From NCBI RefSeq assembly GCF_036321535.1, contig NC_087436.1, positions 16,120,001 through 16,184,000 of the forward strand: a DNA stretch of 64,000 bases, given 5' to 3'. Source of the stretch: Camelus dromedarius (lineage: Eukaryota). The notes under the pieces are model-generated. The model had not been told where the DNA came from, ran no database searches, and saw only the letters and a program-made list of their open reading frames with translations. The position numbers and the translations under genes were made by a program. Below are positions 38,746 to 51,544 of the stretch, piece after piece. Each line of letters starts with the position of its first letter. The stretch's first letter is position 1.

Positions 38746-39744
38746 GTGGTATGGGGGAAATGCTGTCAGGCAGGGTTTGTCGGTCATTGATCTGCCAGCA
38801 GGAGCTTTCTACTCTTTCTGGTCATCATTGGCGAGCTAGGGCTCTGCTCTCCTTCTAACACAAGAGTCCATACCTTTTTTACCAAGAGTGGGCAGTTCTT
38901 CTGCCTGCTGCCCAGAAGAAGTCAGGGGAGGAGAGAGGCGAAATCAGCCTAAAGATTGTCTTAGGTGACCACTGTCTCTGCCCACTGCTTGTCTATGTTT
39001 CCTTAGACTGGAGCTTTCCACGTTTCTTCCTCAGGGTACACCTGTTCTGCATGTATCTGGGTTTTCTCCTATCAGCTTTCTGTGTTTTAGAAACTCCTTA
39101 CTTCTGCTTCATTTGATTATACACTGACTTTCATGTGCGAAGTATTCCATCTCAAATTCATATCTGCAGTCTAAGTATTCAATACAATGACCATTGCATT
39201 ATTAAACTGGGTATTGAGTTTCTTAAACTTGTTGTCTCACCCTTCAACTTCAGTGTCCTTGTAGCCCGGGGCATTCAACAGGGTGACAAAAAGTAAAATA
39301 CTACTACTTCCTTCCCAGTAGCTTACCAAAGTTTAATTTACTCTTACTTTTTCATTTATAGTATGCCCCACAGTCTTGGGTGTCAAGGGGAGAGAAAAAA
39401 CTCACCCAGTGTTCTTGGTTTCCATCTAGGTAGTGGTGTTTATCTATGCTAGACCTCCTTTTCATGGATCAAAAGGGTGCAGCATTTCCTTTAGTAAAAA
39501 CTAAGATTTGTTACAACCACACAAATAGGTATATTTTATTGCTTTCTGCCCTCTCTACTCCCAACAGAAATAAATGATAATAAGGAAGTAAAATAATCAA
39601 TTCCAGGAATTGCCTTGCCCTTGAACAATTTTCTTGGAAATTTCTGAGAAACTGAAAGTAATAAGAATTTGAGCATCCCCATAGAGAGGTGTATGGAGTA
39701 CCCTAAGAGTAGAATATACTTTTTCAGTATAACAAAATAATAGC

Positions 39745-39930
39745 ATTTTGAACATGACAGAGACTTACAGATTATTAAATTCAGCCCTTTTATTTTATAG
39801 AAGAGAAGACTGAAGCCCAAATAGGTTAAATGGGTTTGCTCAGGATCTAACAGCTAATTAATTATTAAGTTGGAACTGGAATCTAGATATTCTTTCTCCC
39901 AACCTGGTACTGTTTTTCACACACCATCTT
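39745..39930 (-). mobile_element. MIR SINE
   Basis: ttattttatagaagagaagactgaagcccaaataggttaaatgggtttgctcaggatctaacagcta. Confidence 0.75.
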
Positions 39931-42900
39931 GCTTTTACAATAGTATTACATGGTGGTGATACAGAATTAAACTTTTTAAAAACATTTTTGGAAACAACCT
40001 AGAATATATAATATTTGTTAAGGAACAAAGGAAAGAGTAATTACAAAGCTGATGGTTTTTCAGAATAGAACTTGGAAAAATTAAAAAAAAATACTTTTTA
40101 ATGATAGAAGAGATCAGGTAGAAGAAGACCATTTGAATTAACATAAAGTAACATCTTTCAAAGCAGATATTTAGAGACCCCTTATGGCAGTAATTTCCAT
40201 TCTCATGCAATGTTTTTTCAATCGCTTTTACTGAGAGTTGTTATTCTTTAAAAATCCTTTGCCTTCTTCTTCCTTTATTAGATTATATTTTCCCCCAAAG
40301 AAGGAAAAGAAGTTAAGGGGGAAAGGAACCAAACATAAGAAGTTGCTTTTGGGCACTTTTAACAAACAACAGAATAAAATTAAATTCCTTCAAAGAAAAA
40401 GCAAAAACAAATGTGTGTTTTTTAAAAACATACTTTCTTAAAGTCTGTTGTGATTTTTTGATACATTAATTAAAATCTGACTTTTTAATGTAGATATATA
40501 AACATGTCAGTATGTCTTAGCAAATTGCCTTTCACATAATAGGTATGCAGTAACTTTTTTTAAGTTACATTACTTTACATTAAGAATTGTGTGTATTAGT
40601 AGTGGAGCGCCATTTATCCAGTTTGTGCTGGATTGTATAAAACTGAGTCTCTTTAAAAACTGCAGCCCATTTCCTACCTTGATTTTGAGAGCAAAATCAT
40701 TTTAACTTTAAATATATAAACTTCATTTTAGGTTTAGGAAAGAATGATCAGGATAAAGAAATTATGTATTTATCTTCTTGGTGGACTTTTTAAAGTATAT
40801 GCCACATGTATTGTGCTTGAAGCTGAGGGTTCATGCATAGCAAAAAAAAAAAAAAAAAGACCCTCCCATCTGTCTGCGGGTTTAATGGTATTTAATTGTA
40901 GTAGTTGATTACAACCTACTGTTAACGTTCCTAACAAAAATACAATTACATTTGGAGATGCATATCAGTAAGAAATGAACTCATTGAAGTGAGTTAAAAA
41001 GTATAGAATTTGTGGTATAAAAATGCTTAAATACATAGGTATGATTTCTTGTGCTAAGCTTGTAAAAATATCTTACACTTAGGAATAAGTGTTTACTGTA
41101 AACCCTCGTTATAAGATTCTGAAGACTCACTAAATTTTTTTTAAGTAATTTGGAGTTAAACAGGTGTTAAGCTTTGCTATCCTTGATAAAGATCTCCTTC
41201 ATTCCCTCTGAGAATGATTCAAATCTTCCTGGAGAGGAAAAAAAATCACATCAGCTTCCAATTGTCAAAATTCAGTTTTAAAAACCTCAAGTCTTTTTCC
41301 CAATGGGTTTCCAGATTGAAGAACATATGGACTCTATCTTTTGAGTAAAATACTTTCTTTTTCCTTTTGAATTACTTTTAAGACTTCACTGTGATATGAG
41401 AAGTGTAAAATGAAACCATAAGGTATTTAAACAACATCTACCTCTCTGATTTTTTTTTTCTTTTTCAACTTGGGTTGATAGTAATTTTATAAAATTTAGA
41501 AATAATGCTTGTCTTTTAAAATGAAGAAATTTTTTTCAGATAACACTGTTACATTTGTTTTTCCAGGAGATGAAAACATACAGGTTATTCTTGGTATTAG
41601 TCTCTAATATGATTATTTTATTGATTTTAGTGGGTTTTAGGTAGATAATTGTCTTTTGATTTAAACTGCTGGCTTGGGATATATATCATATTTGCTGTGA
41701 ATTTACTACATAATCGAAACAGTATTTTTAACACTTCTGTGACCAAATAAAATGCTATTAGCAGACTAGGAGACTTCACTCCATATTTGCAGTAAAACTA
41801 AGAAACTGAATAGGACATAACAAAAGAAGTTTAATCAGCATAGCTTACTGCTACTTGAAGAGAGTAGGACTGGAAAAATTCTATCATTGAGAAGATGCAA
41901 TTAATTTCTTTTATACAAACCTAAACTTAGAGGTTTATAATTAACTTTTAATTTTTTTTTGAAGTAGTCACTTTCCCATATGTTGGGATTTGAAAGGGAA
42001 GAGGCACAACTCAAACAACTTAATTTTCCTATTTCCTAGTGAAAACAAAGTTAACGTAATCTCTTAAACCCTTGGGAACATTTCTACTTTTCATTTATAT
42101 TTTTGTTAGCCTGCTTCCTTATTAACAAAAATGTGGCAAGATCTTTTTTGGGATAGTCATTCAGATAGACAAATGTATAAATGATATGAGAATAGGGTGT
42201 TTGCGTGGTTTTGTTTTGTTTCATTTTTCTTCATGCCATATCCGTAGTCCAGCATGAATAACTGAATGAATGAAGTAGAGTAGTGAAAAGTAAAGACTTC
42301 GGTAATTTGCAGAAGCTGATTATATGGGTATAAAGGCAAGAATATAAACTGTCAGTGGAGAACCTTCTAACAGTGCCAGTGCATGGTAATGTAGCAGTGT
42401 CCTGATGTGCTTGGAGGCAGGTTTAGTGGCCGTGGTAAAGAACTTATAGAGCAGAATGGATGTGTGCCTCTGTGGCTACTACATACCTCAGGTAGACTGT
42501 ATGGAAGCCCTGACACAGGCACTAAGTTGTCCAGTTTGGTAGTCCTATTTGTTACTCATTTTAAATGTGCAGAATTCTACTTGTGCCCCATTTATAGCCT
42601 TTCTTCTTGAGCTATGTTAATAATGTAATTATATAGGATTCAGTGTGTTACTATTAAAACTTGTTTGATTCTTTGAGGGTTTTTTTTTTTTTGAGACAGT
42701 CCATATGTTAGTTAATTGAAATTAATATAGATAGTAATGTCACTTATTTAGCTATTTAAGCTCCTATTAATGAATTTTAAGAACTATTTTCTCTTAATAT
42801 ACCTCTTATTATTCAAAGTTGAATAAGCTGTAGTTAACAAACTTGCCAATACAATGCACTAAATTCCTTACCTCTGGAGATTAATAACTTGAACATGAAT

Positions 42901-43149
42901 GAATCCTTAGATGTCTATGTAGCCTTTGTGATTTTGACCTGTTTTCTTTTCAAGGTATACTTATCCATACCTAAGGTCTAGTAGAATCTTCTTGTGTTGC
43001 AAAATTTTCCAACATTTATACAGTGTCATTACATAGGACTGTTTGTATCATGGTGTTTTCCCCCCAAATATCTATAATGTTCTATTACAATATAGAATAT
43101 ACATGGCTTCTTTACTATACTTGAACTTTGAAAGATTCATTTCTACTTG

Positions 43150-44812
43150 CTGAGTTTCTCTTCTCTCATTTCTGTCTTAAACTCACATCACTCAGGCTTT
43201 TGTCTCCCCATCTACAGAAGCTATAATTTTCAAGGTCACCAGTGACATCCATTTTGCTAAATCAGATAGTTAATTCTTAACCTTCATCTTTCTTGAGTTA
43301 TGGATACCTTTTGATATGGCTGATAACTGCCTCCTCCTTGAAATACTTTTCTCTTTGGCATCTGGGACACCATATTCTTCTGATTTTCGTCCCACCAATG
43401 GCCACTCCTCAAAATTCCTTGCTTGTTTCACCTCATCTTTTCAACCTCTTTTTTATTGGGGTTACTCAGGCTTTAGTCTTTGGAAAACTACTTTTTCCTT
43501 CTTTGGTTCTACTCACTTTCCTTTCAGATCTCAGCCAGTCCACACCTGTATTATATAAACATGATAAATTAATGACTTCTAAAATATATATCCTGACAGG
43601 TCCTTTCCTTTGAACTCCACACTCATATATTCAATTGTCTACTCAACATCTCTGTTTGGATATCTGTATTGCTTGTGCAGTACAAGCTGCTTTAAAAGGT
43701 AAATCCCAGAATCTCATTCAGTGGCTAACCATAATAGAACTTTATTTCTTTTTCATATAAAATACATACAAAATAGATGTTTCTGGTAGGTGATTTATTC
43801 CATCCTATAGCTCCATTATCTTTAATTCTTGGTTTCCAAGATTGCCAAATTCATCTGCCTCAAGCCAATGGAAGGAACATGGACAGTTGTGTATAGAAAT
43901 GCTTTATAGACCAGGTTTGAAAGTGGCTCATATCAATTCTCACATTTCACTGGCTAGAATTCAGTCATATGGCCACTTAATTGTAAAGGAGATTGGGAAG
44001 TGTGGTCTAGTTGTCTGCCTAGATAGAAAAGGAAAATTGGTTTGGTGAAGAGTTAATCCGTTACTGCCACAGATTTCTAATAAACATCTCACACATAACA
44101 TGTTTAAAACCAAATTTCTGGTCTTTATCAAAACCTATTCTCACATTCTCTTCCCTCTTTGTTAATGTTGATTCTATTCCTCCAGTTTCTGGGATCTTAA
44201 TTTATATATTATTGCCTCTTCTCCCCTCATACCCCATGTATGATTTGTCAGCATGTCCTTTTAACTCAACCTTCAAAATATAGTCAGAATTCAGTGGCTT
44301 TTTACCATTTCCAATGTTGCCACTTGTTCTCAGACGTCATCATCTTCTGGATTATTGCAAAAGTCCACAAACTAGACTTCCTGCTTCTAAGATCGCCCTT
44401 CCACCCACACCCAGACTCTTGCAGCAGCCAGAGAGATCACATTAAAACATGGCAGATCATGTTACTTCTCTGCTTAACGTATTCTAACGTTCTCCTCAAC
44501 CTCTTAGTTACTGTTGGGGCTCTATTTATATTGAGACTCATCCATTCAGAATGACCTCCTTGCAGGTTCATGGACTTAAATGTGTCTACCTCAAGGCCTT
44601 TGGGTTTACTGTTGTCTTTGCCTGAAATTCTTTTCCTGATGCATCTGTATAACTGGTGCTTTCACTCCCTTCAGGTCTTTGCTCAAGTGTTCTTTTCTCT
44701 TGGAACCCTACCCTAATCATCCTATTTAAGATATAAACATGACCTCTACTCTCTACCTAGTATTTTCTGTTCCTCTTTCATCTTCCATTTTTTTTCTGTG
44801 GCACTTATTGTC
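43150..44812 (+). mobile_element. L2 (L2a-like) split by an MLT1 LTR
   Basis: caaggtcaccagtgacatccattttgctaaatc..ctccttgaaatacttttctc..gcagccagagagatc..ctcaaggcctttgg. Confidence 0.8.
43665..44071 (-). mobile_element. MLT1 (K-like) MaLR solo LTR
   Basis: TGTATT..GCCACA, with cacatttcactggctagaattcagtcatatggcc..gggaagtgtggtcta. Flanks gatatc/gatttc. Confidence 0.75.
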
Positions 44813-44815
44813 CTC

Positions 44816-45030
44816 TGTGGTGGACACAGCCAGCTGATCATTACAATTCATGCTGTCTTTCCCTGTGAAGAGTTGATGCTGGGAAAAGGCTGCCCAGCCA
44901 GGGACCACATTTCCTATGGGGAGTCATATGATTTGGTAAGACCAGTGGAATGTGAGTAGAGGACGTGTATGTCATTTCTGGGTGAGTTGATGTAGTGTCT
45001 ACTGGACCATTCCTATCCTCTTTTCCCATC
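44816..45030 (+). mobile_element. MLT1 (I/J-like) LTR fragment
   Basis: tgtggtggac..gctgcccagccagggaccacatttcc..accagtggaatgtgagtagag. Confidence 0.6.
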
Positions 45031-45339
45031 TCTTCTCTTAGCTTTGGGACTTTGATATTTACTATAGTTCTAAGCCTATTTTACTCCGTGTAACATTTAA
45101 TTATCTCTGTACATCATATGCTTTGGAACCCTTTTTATTTTGAACAAACTGCCTTTTATCCTTGAACTTTTCTTTCATGTGTTATTCATTTATTGCCTAC
45201 ATTGTATCTCAGAGAATTTTAGGCAAATTTCAATAACACATGAGTAGGCAAAATCAGAAAAATAGGATATTTAGCAGTTAATGTTGAAGACCCTCATCTT
45301 GTTTAAATTATTCCGGTAACATCCTTACTTGTATCCTCA

Positions 45340-46582
45340 TTTCAGGTGTTTCTTCCCTCTAATTTTTGTGTATTTCCAGAGTTACTGTTCTGCAGTCACA
45401 AAAGCTATATAAAATTCTTTCAATGTCTCCCCACTACTGCAGGATAAAACCCAAACTCCTTGGCATGACATGCCTGCTGTCAGGAGCTCAGCTGAGCTGG
45501 GAGGTATTGTTGAGTTAGAAGGTGTCAGAGTAGCTGATCGAAGTGACAAACCAAAATGAGAGTTAAGCCTTTAATCACTTACTGCGATGGTATAAGCAAG
45601 AGTCTAAAACTGCGGGACTTCCCCTGTTCCATTTTTCCCCTAGAATGTTGAACCAGAGGAGAGTCAGCGTGGATTAACGAGGGTTAGTGTACAAATGAGG
45701 GTGGTCTCACTGTTGAGGGAACCCTGGACAGAAGACTCCAGCAGTTTTATGAACCCTGAGTTTGTGCTTGAGTGGACTGAGAGTGGGGAAAAGTGTCTTC
45801 AAGTACCTCTAGTAAGAAGGCCTCACGCCAAAGGCACCTGAAGAGGACCAATGCCCAGGGCTTCAGATAAAGAAACCGAAGGATAAAGGTGCAGGGTCTA
45901 GGAATGCAAGTATGTAAAGAGCATGTCTGGCCAGTGGGGTCTGAGTCCTTGACCGCAACTTTGTTCAGAGACTGCACTGCACTGCTGCACGCCAAGTGTG
46001 GTTTGAGGGTAAAGCAGCTTCCCCCTGGATGCTTGGTGAGTAAAGCCTTTAAATTGTCTGTGGTCAGGCCTGAAAAAGTATCACACGTACTCCAGGAGTC
46101 GGACTTCTCAGACAGTTCTCCATGATCTGGCTTCTGCCTATTTCTGTAGCCTCTTCTTTGACCACGTTTTGCATTATACTCTCCCCGAATTCTGGAAACA
46201 CTTAACGTTGGCACATTTCCAGTAGTTTCTTACTTATTTGGCTTTGCTAATGCTATTCCTTCAGAAAGAATACTTTTCCTTTTCTTATTTTCCTGGTTCA
46301 CATCTGTTAACTCTTAGACTCAATTGGCCTGTTATGGCCTTCCAAGTACCCTTCTGTTACTTTGGATAAGGCCCCTCCATTGTGTTCCCAGGGGAGGTTT
46401 TGAATATATTAACATTTTCTCTTCATATATCTGTTTCTTCATATATCTGTGAGGTGATTGAGAATAATGACTCTCTTTCTCATCAAATGATTCTTTAACT
46501 CTTCAGTGTCTGGCACAGGTCCTTGTGCATCATTGGTGCTCAGTAAGTGTTTGTTGATTAAATAAGTGAGTGAATGAATGAA
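45340..46582 (+). mobile_element. L2 3' portion
   Basis: Tail cagtgtctggcacaggtcc..gtgctcagtaagtgtttgttgattaaataagtgagtgaatgaatgaa. Confidence 0.65.
45478..46114 (-). mobile_element. ERV(L)-type solo LTR inserted in L2, family not assigned
   Basis: TG..CA, GC-richer ~640-bp block splitting the L2 phrase ctccttggcatgaca / ctccatgatctggc. Confidence 0.65.
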
Positions 46583-47322
46583 ATATAAACTTGTTAATTT
46601 TTCATCCCTAGTCTTTTATGGTGTGGCCAGGCTCCAGCCTTTCTTTTATACCTCATTTCCTACTGGGAACAACCAAATAAGATTGCTTAATTTTCCTACA
46701 ATGCTACCTTCTTCCTTGTATATCAGTTGAAACTTGACCCCTACTTAGGGACCTTCCTCAAAAATCTCTTGCTCTGTACAAAATTTCCTGATCCCTTTAA
46801 AACATATGTGACCACTTACTCTTTTTTTTTGAATTTCCAAAGCTCTGAATTTTTACTTTTCTTACAGCATGAATCTTATGCCATGTAATTCTTTGTTTGC
46901 TTGTTTCATCCCATTTTTTTAGATTATAAATGCCTTAAGGTTAGAGACAGTATTTTCCTCATACGAGTCTCCCTTATAGCACCTCAACCAGTGCTTTCCA
47001 AATAGCAGTAGACACTCAAAAAAAAAAAATCTGTAAATGAATATAATTAAGCCAAAGTAGAACTAGTTATTGAGAGCCAGAAAAAATGAACTGCAGTAAA
47101 GAAAGGGAAGAAAATAAATCACTTCCGAATGTGAATAATTGCTTCAAAATTGAAAGTACTAGAAAGTTTCTAGGAGATGACAGCAACTATTGAAAGAACT
47201 GGCTTCCAACTGTCTTAAAAACCTGGAAGTGTAACATAATAAGCCCGTTCTCCCCTGTGGATAAGGAGCACATACTTTTTGTTAATTTATCTAGCTTGCA
47301 AAGCACAGTGTGTCTGTCTCTC

Positions 47323-47325
<3 letters not shown>

Positions 47326-47415
<90 letters not shown>

Positions 47416-47420
47416 TTTTT
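47326..47420. repeat. Compound microsatellite (CT)~22(AT)~19(T)n
   Basis: Read directly from the sequence. Confidence 0.97.
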
Positions 47421-48189
47421 CCGTTTGGCAAGTTAAAATCAGCTATTTGTCTTCACCAGTATTTTCCTGAGAGTTTAGAATTAAAGGCAGGAGGTGTTGG
47501 ATTATGATGGGTTGCTGGTTCATTTCAGCCTTTAAATTATTTATTTAAAGATAAAAATGTCATACAATGGAAGCAGATAATTTCTTTGTTTTTTCTTTCT
47601 CTCCCTATAACTTATAAGCTATCTTGAGAACAACAACAACAAAAATGTAATATAAGGCCTGGTTTCAAGGAAATGGATATCCTAATGCCAAACAGTGGTG
47701 CTTGACTCTGAGTTCATGTACATGCTTATAAACCATGTAGTTCTTACACATTTGGGGCAAGTGATAGGAGCTACTAGAAACATTCAGTGAATATTGATAG
47801 CTTCCAGGCTTTTCAGTTACAAATGCTGACCTATACTACATAGCACCTAAATACCTAGTATTTACCTTCATTTTACTTATTTGTTAAAGAGCAACAGAGT
47901 CTTAATAACTCTTCCCTCACCCACAGTCTAATAGCCTGCTATTTCAATTCTGGGTGGGGCTAATGCTGGAAAAATTGCATTATTTTGTCATTGTACTTTA
48001 CTGGAATGTGTGCTCGTAGTTTTTCTTTTATAAAAAATCTTGGTCTCATGCTAATCTGTCATTTTATAAGAGATGTTAAAATTCATGCCAATACAGTAAA
48101 CTGTCATAATGCATATATTTATGAGACTAATGTGAACATCTTACCCAAAGTAGCGTGAAAGTAGCATTACCAGAATCCTTTGGTAATGG

Positions 48190-48382
48190 AAAGTCACAGA
48201 TGTGAGGTCTAGCTCTGTTTCTTGGTAACTAAATGACTTCACCATGGGCCTCAATTCTTCACCTGTTAAATTGGGATTATATTCCTAATTTATGAAGTTA
48301 CTTTGGGAATTAAATGAGATTATATGTAAAATACTTAATAGAGGGCCATCTGCTACGTTACTGGCGATCAGTAAATTTTAGT
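48190..48382 (+). mobile_element. MIR SINE
   Basis: gggcctcaattcttcacctgttaaattgggattat..gggaattaaatgagattatatgtaaaatactta. Confidence 0.7.
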
Positions 48383-49574
48383 TCCCATCCCCTTTCCAGG
48401 AGCATAATGTAATATGTTTCTCAAGAGAGTGAGGTCCTGTCTTCCTCAGGCTTCAGGTTGCTCCCTACATGCACATTGTCCAGCCCTGTAACTATTTACT
48501 ACTGTGATCCTACAGCTTGAAGCCTGGAAACAGGCTCCGAATACAGTGTAAGCCTCCATTCTTTCATTCTAGGCATGTTTTAATACAAGTTGAAAACTCA
48601 TAACAGCATCAAATAAAAGGACTAGATACATTGATTAGATATATTGATTAATTAATTGAGAAACCATATTACCATCACTATAAGTGACTTGGGAAGCAGG
48701 GTAAATTTGGTTTCCCAATGAGTCAATTAAATTTAGTTGTTTATTTTATTGAGGTCCAGAAAGATCATGGGTTTACTGTCCTTACCCGTCCCAAACATTC
48801 TCCATTTTCCTACTCATTCCCCTTAACCTGCCTTATTCTGGCCTGCAAGCCAAATTAGTCCTAAATCTTGAGTGAATTTAGCCAACTGCTCTTTTTACTC
48901 TTGTTCTAAGGTTACTCGGTAGAGCTGGGGGCCAGGGAGATCACTGTCGTACAGATTAGTGCTGCTCTAGATGAATGGTTTCCAGCCTCTGTTAGACACT
49001 CATAACTACTCAGTCATCCTTACACTTTTCTATAGTCAGCTTTCTTTCATATTCCCCAAGGCAACTCTTCTAAAATTTATTCCTCTATTCTATTCTTTAG
49101 TCAAAACCCTACTATTTAATAGAGGAAATAGAAATAACTAGGTCAAAATCAGGCCTTCAGTTTTTCTTCTCTTCAGCCCTACGCTCATTTATTAAAATAC
49201 AGTCTTACATCATCTTGTCACAGAGAAGGAGGTGACTTTGTTTACTTCCAAGGTAATCATGCTCTTCTCGCAGGATCATACATCTTCTGTCTTTCTAAAA
49301 CCTGCTCCTGCCCTCCTCCCCCCGCCGTCTTCTCTTTCTTTGGACTTTGTCTTTTCCACCTGCGAACATGCTTAAGTCCGTTCTTTACTCTCTTTAAATT
49401 ACCTTCCTATCGCCCCTTCATTGTTAAAAATTTTTAAAACAGAGTCAATATTAACTGTCTTCACTGAAGCATGAGTTCAGTACTGTCTGGTTTTCTTTCA
49501 CAACTATAATCAAGTGGCTAATGGCATCACCAGTAATCTTTGTATCTTGTTAAATGGTTTCAAAAGCAAGTAAA

Positions 49575-50120
49575 CCTAGCTCTAACTGAAGTGAAATTCT
49601 TCACTTAATTAACTGAAGAAGTATATTATCATTCATAATAAGAAATGTACCTGTGTAAAGGTGTTGGGGCAGGTCTTCAGCTCCATTTTTCTGCAGTTCT
49701 TTCAGTTTTGTGTCCCTAGATGTATAAACTACCCCCATTCCCCCAGTCTGGCTTCTTCTGTGTTACAGTTGCCAGCAACTGAGTTTGATATTTCCTTGTT
49801 CCAGTCAGTCAGGAGAAAGGCACAATTCTGTCCGTCTCAACTACTGAACAAGAGTTTTGCATTTACTACTGAACAAGAGTTTTGCATTTCAGATTGGTGA
49901 AAAAGTAATTGCCAGGCAAAATTTAAGCCACATTTGGCTCAAAGCTAGATTCTGAAACCAATCACTGAAAGAATGACAGGATTAACATAATTGGCTTAGA
50001 ATCGGTTTTCTATAAGTCACTGAAGCATTTAAGAAGTGATAGATATTACAGTGTTCAAAATTATAAGTTTTAGGAAAGAGTAATTAGGAAAATTGCAATC
50101 ATAGGGAAAAAGGAGAGAAG
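49575..50120 (-). mobile_element. Very old MLT1-type LTR remnant
   Basis: ctgaaaccaatcactg..aggattaacataattggcttaga resembles old MLT1 subfamilies. Confidence 0.4.
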
Positions 50121-50244
50121 TGACTGTTAGATGAGTAACCGAGTGCGTCCTTAAATTTTGTAATTATGAAACCCGAAGATCCCCCTTAAGTGGAAACAGT
50201 TCAGATGTCCATGAACTGATGAATGGATAAACAAAAATGCAATA

Positions 50245-50523
50245 TAGTTGACCCTTGAACTTGAGGGGGTTAGAGGTGCTGATGCAACAACCCCCCCAAC
50301 CCAATTGAAAATCTCTTGCTGTCTATAGGGAATTGGTTCCAGGGCCTGTGCTGGATACTGAACTCCGAAGATGCTCAAGTTCCATGGTCCACTCTCCATA
50401 TCCCTGGGTCAGCATTTGCAGATTCACCCAACCAAGGAATTATTTAGCGCTGTATTTATTGAAGAAAGTCTGCATATACGTGGACTCATGTAGTCCAAAT
50501 CTGTGTTGTTCAGAGGTCATTTG
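50245..50523. mobile_element. Tigger2-type (TcMar) non-autonomous DNA transposon
   Basis: TIRs tagttgacccttgaac / gttcagaggtcatttg, flanked by TA at 50243-50244 and 50524-50525. Confidence 0.8.
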
Positions 50524-50741
50524 TATATCGATACAATGAAATATTTTTCAGCAATTAAAATGAATGTAATAGTGTTAGATGCCACAACATGGATGAACCT
50601 CAAAAACATGCTAAGTGAAAGAAGCCAGTCACAAAATTCTACATACTGTATGATTCCATTTATGTAAAATATCCAGAATAGATAAATCTGTAGAGAAAGA
50701 TAGTGACCTAATCATTGCCAGGGGCTGTTAAAGGGATTTAA

Positions 50742-50910
50742 ATTTTTTTTTATTTGAGTGTAGTTGATTTACACTTAGTGTAGTTGTGTTAGTTTCAGGT
50801 GTACAGCAGAGTGATTCAGTTATGTATCTATATCTATACATTTGTCCGTTTTTCAGGTTGTTTTCCATTATAGGTTATTACAAGATGTTGAATATAGTTC
50901 CCTGTGCATA
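50742..50910 (-). mobile_element. Cetartiodactyl-type L1 3' end
   Basis: Poly-T followed by gtagttgatttaca..ttagtttcaggtgtacagcagagtgattcagttat..ccattataggttattacaagatgttgaatatagttccctgtgc. Confidence 0.8.
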
Positions 50911-51544
50911 GTACATGGTAGAGCTAAGATGATTAGCTTTAAATACTTTAAGAGAAATGAAGTCAAAATATTTTTATGTCATATTGAGAAATTTTAGACT
51001 GGTGGTTTTTAATATAAATTACTCTAAAACTTAAGCTGCTATATATTTTATAGTATGAATTAGTTTTAAGTTTGATTTTAAAGAATCTCTCTTAAAAGAT
51101 CATTTTGACTCAGGTCTTTGGTAACCTTAGAGATAATAGAAATGTCAAAGGAAAAAAAATGCATTCTCATAGTCTTTTAAGCTCTCCAAAAAGTTCTAAT
51201 ATTAATAAAAATGCCTTTTACCAGTCACTTACAGTTTGACTTGTTTTACGATTGTTCCAAACTTCAGAAGCTCCAGGCCAAAGCAGACACATTCACCTAA
51301 CCTTCTAATTTGTATACTGTGAAATCCTGTACATACCCACTCCCGTGGAAGGGAGAATACAGAGTGACTGGGAGTGGGTATGGGATTTCTTTTGGGAGGG
51401 AAAAACATATTTTAAAATTAGATTATTGTGATGGTTGCAAAACTTTGTATATATACTAAAAACCATTGAACTGTACACTTTAAACAGGTGAACTTAATGG
51501 TATATAAGTTATGTATCATAAAACATAATTTAAAACATAAAAAG

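Larger units (their letters stand above)
50185..51532 (+). mobile_element. L1MB-type 3' end interrupted twice
   Basis: agatgtccatgaactgatgaatggataaacaaaa, acaacatggatgaacctcaaaaacatgctaagtgaaagaagccagtcacaaaa..ttgccaggggct, then gagtgactgggagtgggtatgggatttctttt..aaccattgaactgtacactttaaa. Confidence 0.85.

Noticed and set aside
45747..46214. 155-aa minus-strand ORF and overlapping 78-aa plus-strand ORF
   Set aside because: They lie in an LTR/L2 junction and show no gag, pol or env motifs.
47279..47507. ORFs with SLSLSL/YIYIYI runs
   Set aside because: Translation of the compound microsatellite.
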